The notes beneath the pieces were generated by a model, which was not told where the DNA came from, searched no databases, and was given only the letters and a program-made list of their open reading frames with translations. This document shows, piece by piece, positions 21,058 to 30,725 of a stretch of DNA of 64,000 bases. Source of the DNA: Calditrichales bacterium (GTDB lineage: Bacteria > Calditrichota > Calditrichia > Calditrichales > J004). Each line of letters opens with the position of its first letter. Positions within the stretch are counted from its first letter, which is position 1. The position numbers and the translations under genes were made by a program. The stretch lies in assembly GCA_965267575.1 (NCBI GenBank), contig OZ254086.1, positions 3,776,001-3,840,000 of the forward strand. Reading direction: 5' to 3'.

Positions 21058-23256
21058 ATGCTCCAAACCCGTGAAATATCTTTACTGAACAGAATGCATA
21101 GCTGGCTGGATGAGGATTTCGAAAAGCTTCTTGAAGAAATACGCCAGTACAGCAACGATATCGATATCGGCATTTTACGTAAAGCCTATGAATTCGGCCT
21201 GAAGGCGCACCTGCATCAGCAGCGTCATTCCGGGGAGCCCTATTTCAAGCATTGCCTGCAGGTGGCAAGAATTCTCGCCGAGCTGCGTATGGATCAGACA
21301 ACGATCATCGCCGGGTTGCTGCACGACGTGGTGGAAGACACGGAGTATTCTCTGGACGACGTACGCGAAGAGTTTGGAGAGACCGTCGCGCTTTTGGTAG
21401 ACGGCGTCACAAAGATCAGCGAGCTTATTTATGAGAGCAAGGAACTACGCCAGGCCGAAACCTTCCGTAAAATGCTGCTCTCAATGGCGGAAGACCTGCG
21501 CGTAATTATTATCAAATTTGCCGACCGTCTGCACAACATGCGCACACTGGAGCACCTGCCGGAAAACAAGCAGCTGCGAATCGCCCTGGAAACACGTGAT
21601 GTTTACGCGCCTCTGGCTCACCGCTTTGGTATCGCCCGGATTAAATGGGAACTGGAAGACCTGGCCCTGAAGGCCATTGAGCCCGATTCTTACAAAATGC
21701 TGGTAAATAAGATAAAAGTATCGCGCAAGCAGCGGGAAGAATATATAAGCAATATTGCCGATCCCATCCAGAGCGAGATGAAAAAGCATGATATGAACCC
21801 GATCATCTCGGGCAGGCCCAAGAGTTTTTATTCCATTTTCAACAAAATGAAAAGGCGAAACCGGCCGTTTGAAGAGATCTACGATCTGCTGGCCGTGCGC
21901 ATTCTCGTAGATAAATTGGAAGAGTGTTATTACGCCCTGGGCATTATTCACAGCAAATTTGCGCCCGTTTATGACCGCTTTAAAGATTATATCGCAACGC
22001 CCAAGATAAATGGTTACCGTTCTCTGCATACGACCGTTGTAGGGCCCAATGGCCGCATGATAGAGATACAGATCCGCACCCATGAGATGCACACGATGGC
22101 CGAAAACGGTATCGCGGCACACTGGAAATACAAACACGGTGGCGATGAAGACCCACAAATCTCAAATTCGCTGAACTGGGTCAAAGAGCTGCTTGATCGT
22201 CAACGCAGCGAGGAAGGCGATGCCGGCGAATTTATGGAAAGCCTGAAAATTGACCTTTTCCAGGATGAAGTGTTTCTGTTTACACCGCGTGGCGATCTGT
22301 TTAAACTGCCCGCAGGCTCCACCCCGATCGATTTTGCCTACGCTGTGCATACCAATATCGGTAACCACTGTATCGGCGCCAAAGTAAACGGCAAGATAGT
22401 TCCCTTGCGCACAACGCTGCGCAGTGGCGACCAGGTGGAGATTATAACATCGCATGGTCAAAAACCCAGCCAGGACTGGATCAATTATGTAAAGACCAGC
22501 AAGGCAAGACACTGGATCAAAAAGTACTTGCGTGAGGAACAGCTTGTTCAGACCAAAGAGATCGGGCAGGAGATTCTCAACAAATTTTTGAAAAAATACA
22601 ATCTGACCGAAAAAAGTCCTGAGTTTGCGGACAATATTTCGAAGCTCGGTTACAGTAATATCGAATCCCTTGTGATTGCCCTCGGTCGCGGCGATATCGT
22701 AATGGAAAGCCTGGCTAAAAAGATTTTTCCGGCAGAGTATCACGCTCCGCAAAACGACGAAGCCCAAATGGGCATCATCAAACGCTATATTTCGCGCAGC
22801 CGCAACCAGTCCGGCATCAGGGTGCAGGGCATCGACAATATGCTGATCAATTTTGCCAAATGCTGCCATCCTGTTCCAGGTGACCGGATTATCGGTTACC
22901 TGACGCGCGGCAAAGGCGTTACAATCCACCGCAGCGACTGTAAAAACCTGGTGAAGCTGCTGGAAGAAAAACAACGCATCATAGATGTGGAATGGGCCAT
23001 CGATAAGGATCAGGAATTCCTGGTTCACCTGTCTATTATTGGTGAAGACCGCAAAGACCTGCTGCGTGATATAACACAATGTGTATCAAAGCAGAACACG
23101 AATATTGTGAGCGTATTTTTTAACGCCGAAAATATGTACGCCAAGGGCCACATAAACATTCAGGTAAAAGACCTGCACCATCTTACCAAGATAATAAACA
23201 ATATCAGTAAAATTCCCGGTGTATTCTCCGTCGAAAGGGTAAGCGATCTAAACTGA
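21058..23256 (+). CDS. spoT: Bifunctional (p)ppGpp synthetase/hydrolase (Rel/SpoT)
   Basis: HDVVEDT hydrolase motif, ADRLHNMRTL, GRPKS, EIQIRT, TGS and ACT domains. Confidence 0.95.
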   Translation: MLQTREISLLNRMHSWLDEDFEKLLEEIRQYSNDIDIGILRKAYEFGLKAHLHQQRHSGEPYFKHCLQVARILAELRMDQTTIIAGLLHDVVEDTEYSLDDVREEFGETVALLVDGVTKISELIYESKELRQAETFRKMLLSMAEDLRVIIIKFADRLHNMRTLEHLPENKQLRIALETRDVYAPLAHRFGIARIKWELEDLALKAIEPDSYKMLVNKIKVSRKQREEYISNIADPIQSEMKKHDMNPIISGRPKSFYSIFNKMKRRNRPFEEIYDLLAVRILVDKLEECYYALGIIHSKFAPVYDRFKDYIATPKINGYRSLHTTVVGPNGRMIEIQIRTHEMHTMAENGIAAHWKYKHGGDEDPQISNSLNWVKELLDRQRSEEGDAGEFMESLKIDLFQDEVFLFTPRGDLFKLPAGSTPIDFAYAVHTNIGNHCIGAKVNGKIVPLRTTLRSGDQVEIITSHGQKPSQDWINYVKTSKARHWIKKYLREEQLVQTKEIGQEILNKFLKKYNLTEKSPEFADNISKLGYSNIESLVIALGRGDIVMESLAKKIFPAEYHAPQNDEAQMGIIKRYISRSRNQSGIRVQGIDNMLINFAKCCHPVPGDRIIGYLTRGKGVTIHRSDCKNLVKLLEEKQRIIDVEWAIDKDQEFLVHLSIIGEDRKDLLRDITQCVSKQNTNIVSVFFNAENMYAKGHINIQVKDLHHLTKIINNISKIPGVFSVERVSDLN

Positions 23257-23310
23257 ACGCCTTACTTTTTCACCTCTTTTATTTTAAATTAAATCAAAAC
23301 AATAAAACGA

Positions 23311-23805
23311 ATGGAAAGGACTTCAATAGTGGAGTATGTATATCTTACGCAAGAAGGCTTGGATAATTTAAAAAATGAACTGCATGAGCTGAAATTCAGA
23401 AAGCGCCCTGAAGTCTCGGAGAAAGTGGCGACGGCTCGCGAGCACGGCGATCTCAAGGAAAACGCCGAGTATCACGCGGCACGTGAAGAACTGTCACTTC
23501 TGGAAACAAAGATACAGAAACTGCAGGAACGCTTGTCCCGCGCCCGCGTAATCGACGAAAACGAGCTGTCCACAGATCAGGCTAGTATTCTCACAACCGT
23601 CACGGTGGAAGACCAGCGCACAAAGAAAAAATTCGACTACACACTCGTATCGGCCGAAGAAGCCGATCTGAAGCAAAAGAAAATTTCCATTGATTCGCCG
23701 ATAGGCAAAGGGCTTCTGGGCAGGAAAGTGGGCGAATTGGCTGAAATTGAAGTACCTGCAGGCGTGATGCGTTATAAAATCGTTAACATCGTTCTTGATA
23801 AGTGA
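23311..23805 (+). CDS. greA: Transcription elongation factor GreA
   Basis: AREHGDLKENAEYHAA, ISIDSPIGKGLLG. Confidence 0.97.
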   Translation: MERTSIVEYVYLTQEGLDNLKNELHELKFRKRPEVSEKVATAREHGDLKENAEYHAAREELSLLETKIQKLQERLSRARVIDENELSTDQASILTTVTVEDQRTKKKFDYTLVSAEEADLKQKKISIDSPIGKGLLGRKVGELAEIEVPAGVMRYKIVNIVLDK

Positions 23806-23860
23806 AACAAGTGCCAAACCGTTGCGTCTCTTAGCCATAGGTGCAAAACGGGAGCTAAAA

Positions 23861-24592
23861 ATGACAGAACAACGAAATACTTCTTCAAACACAAAAAAAC
23901 TTTACCGCTCCAGAAGCAATCGCGTATTGGGCGGTGTTTGTGGCGGAATCGGCGAATATTTTGGAATCGATCCATTGATTATCCGTCTGGCCTGGATTGT
24001 ATTTGCCTTTACGGGCTTTGGCATTATCGCATACATTGCCGCATTAATCATTGTGCCGGACAACCCTTCCCAGGAGATAAGCGGTAACCAGAAAAAAGCT
24101 TCCGGCGAGGGCGCAAAACTATGGGGTTCTGCGCTGATTATCATTGGCGTTTTGTTATTGTTGCGGCAGACCGGCGTTCTTTATTATTTCCATTTCTGGA
24201 ATTTGCCGTGGACAACGATACTGGCATTGCTGCTGATCGGTTTTGGTATCTACATGTTCTTAAACCGTTCACGCGATAGTGCAAAAGAAGTGGTGCCGGA
24301 AGGTGACATGCCCGCCGTTGAAGGGGAAAGCGATGAACGCCATGAGCAAAAAAGCGACAACATAAAAAGCTTCTACCGTCTTAAGGGAGAAGATGTGCAT
24401 ATGCTTTCCGGAGTTTGTACCGGGCTTGCAGATTACTTTGATTTAGATGTCACGCTTGTCCGCTTGCTTTGGGTTTTCGCCACCCTGGCTTCGGCCGGTG
24501 TAGGAATAATAGCCTATATCGTAGCCGCAATCGTTTTTCCGGAAAAGCATTACAAAAGTGAAGCAAGTAGCAGCGGGGAGAGTAACTCATGA
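23861..24592 (+). CDS. PspC domain membrane protein (two PspC domains plus central LiaF-like TM region)
   Basis: KKLYRSRSNRVLGGVCGGIGEYF and MLSGVCTGLADYFDLD; ATG 23861 follows GGAG. Confidence 0.85.
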   Translation: MTEQRNTSSNTKKLYRSRSNRVLGGVCGGIGEYFGIDPLIIRLAWIVFAFTGFGIIAYIAALIIVPDNPSQEISGNQKKASGEGAKLWGSALIIIGVLLLLRQTGVLYYFHFWNLPWTTILALLLIGFGIYMFLNRSRDSAKEVVPEGDMPAVEGESDERHEQKSDNIKSFYRLKGEDVHMLSGVCTGLADYFDLDVTLVRLLWVFATLASAGVGIIAYIVAAIVFPEKHYKSEASSSGESNS

Positions 24593-25092
24593 ACCGTTCC
24601 ATCATATTTCCTGTAATTCTGATAATAACAGGCGTGTTATTGCTCTTAAACCAGTGGGATATTTATGAATTTTCGCGTCCGCATACGATTATTCTGATAT
24701 TCGCTTTTCTGGCGGTGATTTTCGGGCGAAAAGCATATTTAAGTCCAACGCGCAGTGGTATAGCCGCCGCTTCCTTTTTCGGTCTTATGGCCGTCGCCAT
24801 CTTTCTGATGGATATAAACGTGCTGCCCATATCCAATGAATCGGGTTTTGCGGCCATTACAATCAGCCTGGCTGTTGGACAGTTCGCGTACTTTATTTTT
24901 AACCCAAAACACGTTACATCATTGGTATTCGGCATCCTGTTTGCGCTGGTCTCAGTGCCGTTTATTATGATGCAGATACAAATTATTGATGCCTGGCACT
25001 TTGTGCGCAGCGCAGAGGTATTCTGGCCGTTGGTGCTGATTCTTTTGGGAGCGGGACTTTTTCTGGAAGGGCTGTTAAAAAGGGCAAAATAA
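24589..25092 (+). CDS. LiaF/LiaI-like membrane protein
   Basis: IFPVILIITGVLLLLNQ start and FWPLVLILLGAGL end; hydrophobic; coupled to the pspC gene. Confidence 0.6.
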   Translation: MNRSIIFPVILIITGVLLLLNQWDIYEFSRPHTIILIFAFLAVIFGRKAYLSPTRSGIAAASFFGLMAVAIFLMDINVLPISNESGFAAITISLAVGQFAYFIFNPKHVTSLVFGILFALVSVPFIMMQIQIIDAWHFVRSAEVFWPLVLILLGAGLFLEGLLKRAK

Positions 25093-25124
25093 ATTTTATA
25101 TAAATAGCTGATTAATTTATTTTT

Positions 25125-25154
25125 AAGCGCGGGAATTATCCCGCGTTTTTTTTT
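25125..25154 (+). terminator. Intrinsic terminator
   Basis: GCGCGGGA-ATTA-TCCCGCGT followed by T-run. Confidence 0.7.
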
Positions 25155-25163
25155 GGAGCCAAT

Positions 25164-26417
25164 ATGAAAGTAAAGGGACGGGTTTCGCTTCCCGGCGATA
25201 AATCGATATCACACAGGGCTGCGCTGTTTTCAGCCATTAAGCCGGGAGCGAGTCGTTTTTTCAATTTTAACACCAATAACGATTGTATCTCTACTGTGAA
25301 TTGCCTCCGGGCCATGGGTCTGGACATTACTTTGAAGGGCACGGAGTTGAAGGTTAAAGGCCGGGAGACCGACCAGTGGCGAGCCCCTCAAAGGCCGCTT
25401 GATGCCGGCAATTCAGGCACGACCAGCCGCCTGATCAGTGGTATACTGAGTGCGTTGCCATTTCCAGCCACAATGATCGGAGACAGCTCGCTTTCAAAAC
25501 GCCCGATGGCGCGCGTTATTGAGCCCTTGTCACGTATGGGTGCCAATATCAATTCAACAAATAATAAACTGCCGATGACATTTGAGCCCGTCGAAAGCTT
25601 AAAAGCCATAGATTATGATTTGCCGCTAGCCAGTGCCCAGGTCAAATCCGCGGTTCTGCTGGCGGGTTTGTTCGCGCAGGGCCAAACGCGCGTGTTCGAA
25701 TCTGAACCTTCCCGTGACCACACCGAACGCATGCTGGGTTTGCCGCAGGAGAGGATAGGTATTCGGAACATTATCAGTTCAAGCCAGCAGCAAGTCATCC
25801 CTGATCTGGATATGACCATCCCCGGCGATATCTCGTCCGCAGCCTTTTTTATGTGCGCCGCATGCGCGTTACCGGACTCGGAACTCGTTTTGGAAAATGT
25901 GTCGCTCAATCCCAGCCGTACCGGTATTATCACAGTTTTACAAAAAATGGGTGCTGTTCTGGAAATTGAGCAGACACAAGATAAACCCGAACCTGCCGGG
26001 AATATTGTCGTGCGCGCTGCCCAAATAAAAAACAGGCCGATTGAAGAAGGACTGATCGCAAATATTATTGATGAAATACCCATTCTGGCAGTATTGGCAA
26101 CGCAAGCCGAGGGCACATTGTCAATCCGCAACGCCGCTGAATTGCGCGTGAAAGAGTCGGACCGCATTAACAGCATAGTTGAAAACCTGAAACGCTGCGA
26201 CGTTGAGATAGAGGAGTTTGAAGATGGTTTTTCGCTTGAAGGGCCGCAACAGTTAAAACCAGCTAAAATAAAGACTTATGGCGATCATCGCATTGCAATG
26301 GCATTTACAATCGCCGGCCTGTTCGCGGATGGTAAAATTGAAGTTGACGATCCGGAGTGCGCGGGTGTTTCCTTTCCCGGCTTCTACAATACCTTAAAAC
26401 AAATTACCCATGGCTGA
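25164..26417 (+). CDS. aroA: 3-phosphoshikimate 1-carboxyvinyltransferase
   Basis: PGDKSISHRA, LDAGNSGTT, SAQVKSA, RDHTERML, ELRVKESDRI, DHRIAM. Confidence 0.98.
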   Translation: MKVKGRVSLPGDKSISHRAALFSAIKPGASRFFNFNTNNDCISTVNCLRAMGLDITLKGTELKVKGRETDQWRAPQRPLDAGNSGTTSRLISGILSALPFPATMIGDSSLSKRPMARVIEPLSRMGANINSTNNKLPMTFEPVESLKAIDYDLPLASAQVKSAVLLAGLFAQGQTRVFESEPSRDHTERMLGLPQERIGIRNIISSSQQQVIPDLDMTIPGDISSAAFFMCAACALPDSELVLENVSLNPSRTGIITVLQKMGAVLEIEQTQDKPEPAGNIVVRAAQIKNRPIEEGLIANIIDEIPILAVLATQAEGTLSIRNAAELRVKESDRINSIVENLKRCDVEIEEFEDGFSLEGPQQLKPAKIKTYGDHRIAMAFTIAGLFADGKIEVDDPECAGVSFPGFYNTLKQITHG

Positions 26418-27252
26418 ATTGAAATTTGCCGTTATCGGCTTTCCGGTTACACACAGTCTTTCGCCGCTTATCCACAACCCGGCTTTTGAGTTTTATGGGA
26501 TAAAAGCGCTTTATACTAAGCTTCAAATCACTCCTGAAGAACTGAACAAAAAGCTGCGGGCATTAAAACGTGAGAATGCCTGGCGCGGCCTTAACATAAC
26601 CGTACCGCACAAACAGGCTGTCCTCAAATACCTGGATTCACTTGATCCGCTGGCCGCAAAAGTGGGCGCCGTAAATACAATCGATATAAAAAACGGGACG
26701 TGGTTTGGACATAATACCGATTGCCACGGTTTTTTAGTGCCACTGCATTATGACATTCAGCGCTTAAAAAAAGTTTTACTGATAGGAGCGGGAGGCGCAG
26801 CTCGTGCAGTAGGTTTCTCTTTATTGGACGAGGCTTCCGATATTGAAGAGATTGCCATAGCTAACAGGACACAATCTAAAGCGCATGTACTGGCCAATGA
26901 CCTGCAAAAGCATACAAGAGCGCAGATATCGCATGCTGCAGACAAGAGCGGCTGGCAGGCAGACCTGATCATAAATACAACAAGTGTCGGCATGGGACAG
27001 TATTTGAACCAGTCTCCCTTTGACTTTGAAGATGGATTTCATGCCGATACGATCGCATATGACCTGATATATAGCCCCTCTGAGACACGCTTTTTACAAA
27101 TAGCAAAGAAGAAAGGTCTCAGGACGATTAACGGCATGGCAATGCTGGCAGGGCAGGGTGCGAAAAGCTTCGAAATCTGGATGGGCAAAAGCTATCCGTT
27201 CTCCATTGAGGATACCGTTGAGCGCTTGAATCACGCACTTAAAAAAGAGTAA
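26410..27252 (+). CDS. aroE: Shikimate dehydrogenase
   Basis: HSLSPLIHN, GLNITVPHK, GAVNT, NTD, GAGGAA, NTTSVGM. Confidence 0.96.
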   Translation: MAELKFAVIGFPVTHSLSPLIHNPAFEFYGIKALYTKLQITPEELNKKLRALKRENAWRGLNITVPHKQAVLKYLDSLDPLAAKVGAVNTIDIKNGTWFGHNTDCHGFLVPLHYDIQRLKKVLLIGAGGAARAVGFSLLDEASDIEEIAIANRTQSKAHVLANDLQKHTRAQISHAADKSGWQADLIINTTSVGMGQYLNQSPFDFEDGFHADTIAYDLIYSPSETRFLQIAKKKGLRTINGMAMLAGQGAKSFEIWMGKSYPFSIEDTVERLNHALKKE

Positions 27253-27260
27253 ACTTTCAG

Positions 27261-27290
27261 TTGACACGTGTTTTATAGACTTTGTATATT
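27261..27290 (+). promoter_or_regulatory. Sigma-70-type promoter for tRNA-Tyr
   Basis: TTGACA (27261) - 18 nt - TATATT (27285), 12 nt before the tRNA. Confidence 0.6.
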
Positions 27291-27302
27291 AGTGACTCTT
27301 TT

Positions 27303-27386
27303 GGGGAGATAGCGAAGCGGTCAAACGCAACAGACTGTAAATCTGTCGGCTCAATGCCTTCGGAGGTTCGAATCCTTCTCTCCCCA
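27303..27386 (+). tRNA. tRNA-Tyr(GTA)
   Basis: Acceptor GGGGAGA/TCTCCCC, anticodon arm ACAGA-CTGTAAA-TCTGT, long variable arm, GTTCGAATC; CCA not encoded. Confidence 0.97.
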
Positions 27387-27389
27387 CCG

Positions 27390-27419
27390 AAACCCTGAGA
27401 TTTCTTAGGGTTTTTTTTT
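27390..27419 (+). terminator. Intrinsic terminator after tRNA-Tyr
   Basis: AAACCCTGAGA-TT-TCTTAGGGTTT plus T-run. Confidence 0.65.
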
Positions 27420-27501
27420 GGTCAAAATACGGGTTTTACAAGTCAATAAACGGTTTGATTTTATTGGCTTTAGCCTTTAAATTTGGGATTCGGTTTTTTG
27501 A

Positions 27502-27575
27502 GGGGCGATAGCTCAGTTGGTTAGAGCGCTACGTTGACATCGTAGAGGTCGTGAGTTCGAATCTCTCTCGTCCCA
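27502..27575 (+). tRNA. tRNA-Val(GAC)
   Basis: GGGGCGA/TCGTCCC acceptor, CTACG-TTGACAT-CGTAG anticodon arm, GTTCGAAT T-loop. Confidence 0.96.
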
Positions 27576-27633
27576 CTTGCCACGGGTGATCCCGTGGTTT
27601 TTATTTGTATATCTATCAGTAAATGAGGCTTGT

Positions 27634-29565
27634 TTGAGTAAAATTATTCTAACCTTTCCGGATGGCTCCCGGCAAGAGCATGAAGAGGGGATCACTCCGT
27701 ACGAAATAGCCGGAAATATATCCAACTCACTGCGCAAAAAAGCTGTCGCAGCTATGTTCAACGGCAAGGAGATAAGCCTCAATACCCCTCTGCAGGAATC
27801 GGGAAGCATTGAAATTCTGACCTTCAAGCAGGATAAGGGCAAAGAAGTCTTCTGGCATTCTACGGCCCACCTGATGGCACAGGCCGTTAAACGGCTGCAT
27901 CCTGAAGCACAGCTCGGTATTGGCCCTCCCATCGATGATGGCTTTTACTATGACATTGACCTGGATACAACATTGTCTCCCGAGGACCTTGAAACAATAG
28001 AAGGGGAGATGGCCAAAATTGTTGATGAGGATCTGAAGATTACGCGCCAGGTTTTAAGCCGGGAGCAGGCTGAGTCACTGTTTAAAGAGCGTGGCGAAGA
28101 GCTGAAGCTGGAATTGATAGACGAACTTGATGGAATAATTACGGCCTACTCGCAGGGCGAATTTACTGATCTTTGCCGCGGGCCGCACGTTGTTTCCACG
28201 AAGACGCTGGGCAAGAACTTCAAACTGCTTTCGCTGGCCGGTGCCTACTGGCGCGGAGACGAAAACAAAAAGATGCTCCAGCGCATCTATGGTACCAACT
28301 ATCCCGACCCTAAAGAGCTGAAGGCGCACCTTAAGCGCATTGAAGAAGCCAAAAAGCGTGACCACAGGAAGCTGGGCAAGGCGCTTGAACTGTTTATGTT
28401 TAATGAAAATGTCGGCGCGGGACTACCAATCTGGCTTCCCAAAGGTGCCATTATCCGTGACCAGCTGATCAAGTTTATGCAGCAGGCGCAGTTGGAGCAC
28501 GGCTACCAGCCGGTTGTAACGCCGCATATTGGAAAGAAAGAGTTGTACGTCAAGTCCGGGCATTATGAAAAATACGGCAGTGATTCCTTCCACCCGATCA
28601 ATACGCCGCGCGAAGGTGAAGAGTTCTTGCTAAAACCGATGAACTGCCCACATCATTGCGAGATCTACAAGTTCAAGCCGCGCTCCTATCGCGATCTACC
28701 GCTGCGCATGGCTGAATTCGGCACGGTTTACCGCTACGAGCAATCGGGTGAGTTGAACGGCCTGACACGCGTAAGGGGCTTTACGCAGGACGATGCGCAC
28801 ATTTTCTGCAGACCCGATCAGATTAAGGAAGAATTTATTAAGGTCATTGATCTGGTTTTTCTAGTATTCAAAAAGCTGGGATTTGAAGACTTTACGGCGC
28901 AAATATCGCTGCGTGATAAAGAAGATAAAAGCAAATATATAGGCTCCGATGAGAATTGGGAAAAAGCCGAAAGCGATATCATTGAAGCCGCCCGTGAAAA
29001 GGGGCTGGATACAATTACTGAATACGGCGAAGCGGCGTTTTATGGGCCCAAGCTCGATTTTATCGTTAAAGACGCCCTGGGACGCCCCTGGCAACTAGGC
29101 ACCATTCAGGTCGATTACAATCTGCCCGAGCGTTTTGAGCTGGAATACGTGGGCAGTGATAACCAAAAACACAGGCCGGTAATGATCCATCGTGCGCCAT
29201 TTGGGTCTATTGAGCGATTTTTTGCTATATTAACCGAACATTGCGCTGGTAATTTTCCGCTGTGGCTGGCACCTGTGCAAATAATTCTTATGCCCATTGC
29301 CGACAGGCATGAAGCATATGCCAAGGAACTGCAGGCATCATTAAGCAGCGCGGGATTCCGCGTTGAGATGGACGATCGCAACGAAAAAGTGGGATTTAAA
29401 ATCCGTGAAGCCGAATTGCAAAAAATACCTTATATGGTCGTTTTGGGCGATAAGGAAGAAACGGAAAAGACCCTTTCCGTTCGTCACAAAGGTGACGGCG
29501 ACCTGGGGGCTATAACATTGCAGGCTTTCCGGGAAAGAATGCAAAAAGAACTGGCAGAGAACTAA
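27634..29565 (+). CDS. thrS: Threonyl-tRNA synthetase
   Basis: TGS domain, HSTAHLMAQA, DLCRGPH, RDHRKLG, KPMNCPHH, RVRGFTQDDAH, AFYGPKLD; start placed at TTG 27634 after GAGG. Confidence 0.98.
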   Translation: MSKIILTFPDGSRQEHEEGITPYEIAGNISNSLRKKAVAAMFNGKEISLNTPLQESGSIEILTFKQDKGKEVFWHSTAHLMAQAVKRLHPEAQLGIGPPIDDGFYYDIDLDTTLSPEDLETIEGEMAKIVDEDLKITRQVLSREQAESLFKERGEELKLELIDELDGIITAYSQGEFTDLCRGPHVVSTKTLGKNFKLLSLAGAYWRGDENKKMLQRIYGTNYPDPKELKAHLKRIEEAKKRDHRKLGKALELFMFNENVGAGLPIWLPKGAIIRDQLIKFMQQAQLEHGYQPVVTPHIGKKELYVKSGHYEKYGSDSFHPINTPREGEEFLLKPMNCPHHCEIYKFKPRSYRDLPLRMAEFGTVYRYEQSGELNGLTRVRGFTQDDAHIFCRPDQIKEEFIKVIDLVFLVFKKLGFEDFTAQISLRDKEDKSKYIGSDENWEKAESDIIEAAREKGLDTITEYGEAAFYGPKLDFIVKDALGRPWQLGTIQVDYNLPERFELEYVGSDNQKHRPVMIHRAPFGSIERFFAILTEHCAGNFPLWLAPVQIILMPIADRHEAYAKELQASLSSAGFRVEMDDRNEKVGFKIREAELQKIPYMVVLGDKEETEKTLSVRHKGDGDLGAITLQAFRERMQKELAEN

Positions 29566-29580
29566 TTAAGGAGTCAAGCT

Positions 29581-30093
29581 ATCGCAAAGGATACAAACGC
29601 TCGTACGAACGAAGAGATTAAGTCGCGGCAAGTGCGGCTTATTGACGCTGAGGGAAATCAAATTGGAGTTGTTATAATCGATAAGGCGCTTGAAATAGCG
29701 CAGGAATCGGGTTTAGACCTGGTGGAAGTGGCGCCACAGGCCAAACCGCCGGTCTGCCGCATCATGGATTATGGCAAATATCTCTACGAGCAAGCCAAAA
29801 AAGAGAAGCTTAACAAAAAGAAACAACACAAGATCAGCGTTAAGGAAATACGCATGCGTCCCAAAACGGACGATCACGATCTTGAGTATAAGCTCAAACA
29901 CGCCCGTTCTTTCCTGGAGGATAAAAACAAGGTTAAGTTTACAGTCCTTTTCCGTGGACGCGAGATGGCCTACAAGGAATTTGGCGAGCGTTTACTGGAA
30001 AAAGTACAGGACGAACTTTCCGATGTAGGAAAGGTTGAAAGCGAGTCGAAAATGGAAGGTCGTACAATGACCATGGTTATAACCCATAAATAA
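29581..30093 (+). CDS. infC: Translation initiation factor IF-3 (non-canonical ATC start)
   Basis: AAGGAG at 29568-29573, 7 nt before an in-frame ATC; reads [22 protein letters not shown]...[11 protein letters not shown]...FRGRE. Confidence 0.95.
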   Translation: MAKDTNARTNEEIKSRQVRLIDAEGNQIGVVIIDKALEIAQESGLDLVEVAPQAKPPVCRIMDYGKYLYEQAKKEKLNKKKQHKISVKEIRMRPKTDDHDLEYKLKHARSFLEDKNKVKFTVLFRGREMAYKEFGERLLEKVQDELSDVGKVESESKMEGRTMTMVITHK

Positions 30094-30106
30094 AAGGAAT
30101 GCACAC

Positions 30107-30301
30107 ATGCCAAAGATGAAATCCAACCGCGGCGCTGCCAAGCGTTTTCGTGTAACTGCCAGCGGGAAAGTAAAAAGGCACTCGGCTTTTCACAGCCACA
30201 TTCTGACCAAGAAAAGTGCCAAGCGCAAGCGCAATCTGCGCAAGGAGAGCATGGTTGACAACGTCGACGTGCCCCGCGTAAAACGAATGATACTGAAGTA
30301 A
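30107..30301 (+). CDS. rpmI: 50S ribosomal protein L35
   Basis: [30 protein letters not shown]. Confidence 0.98.
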   Translation: MPKMKSNRGAAKRFRVTASGKVKRHSAFHSHILTKKSAKRKRNLRKESMVDNVDVPRVKRMILK

Positions 30302-30313
30302 AGGAGTATTCAC

Positions 30314-30661
30314 ATGCCAAGAGCAACCAATAATGTTGCCGCCCGTCGCAGACGCAAAAAGGTCCTCAAAGCTGCCAAGGGCTATCGTTTAGGAAAGAGC
30401 AGGTTATACAACACTGCCAAGGACCAGGTTGAAAAAGGATGGCAATACGCTTACCGCGACAGACGCGCCAAAAAACGCAGCTTCCGTCGCCTGTGGATTA
30501 CGCGTATTAACGCCGCCTGCCGTATGAATGGAATGAGTTATTCCGTTTTTATGGATAAACTGAGGAAATCAAATATTGATCTTGACCGCAAAGTCCTGGC
30601 CGATATGGCCGTCCGGCAGCCGGATGACTTTGCTGCCCTGATTAAACAAATCAGTGCGTAA
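30314..30661 (+). CDS. rplT: 50S ribosomal protein L20
   Basis: AKGY, YAYRDRR.KKR.FRRLWITRINAA, LDRKVLAD. Confidence 0.98.
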   Translation: MPRATNNVAARRRRKKVLKAAKGYRLGKSRLYNTAKDQVEKGWQYAYRDRRAKKRSFRRLWITRINAACRMNGMSYSVFMDKLRKSNIDLDRKVLADMAVRQPDDFAALIKQISA

Positions 30662-30677
30662 AGAAAAATCATCTTCC

Positions 30678-30713
30678 AAAAAAGGAAGTGCCCTTACCGC
30701 ACTTCCTTTTTTT
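30678..30713 (+). terminator. Intrinsic terminator after rplT
   Basis: AAAAAAGGAAGTGC-loop-GCACTTCCTTTTTT. Confidence 0.8.
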
Positions 30714-30725
30714 ATATAAAGGGGG

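Noticed and set aside
27513..27633. thrS start at 27577 and reverse ORF 27513-27932
   Set aside because: These abut or overlap tRNA-Val; TTG 27634 has an SD and matches the TGS domain start.
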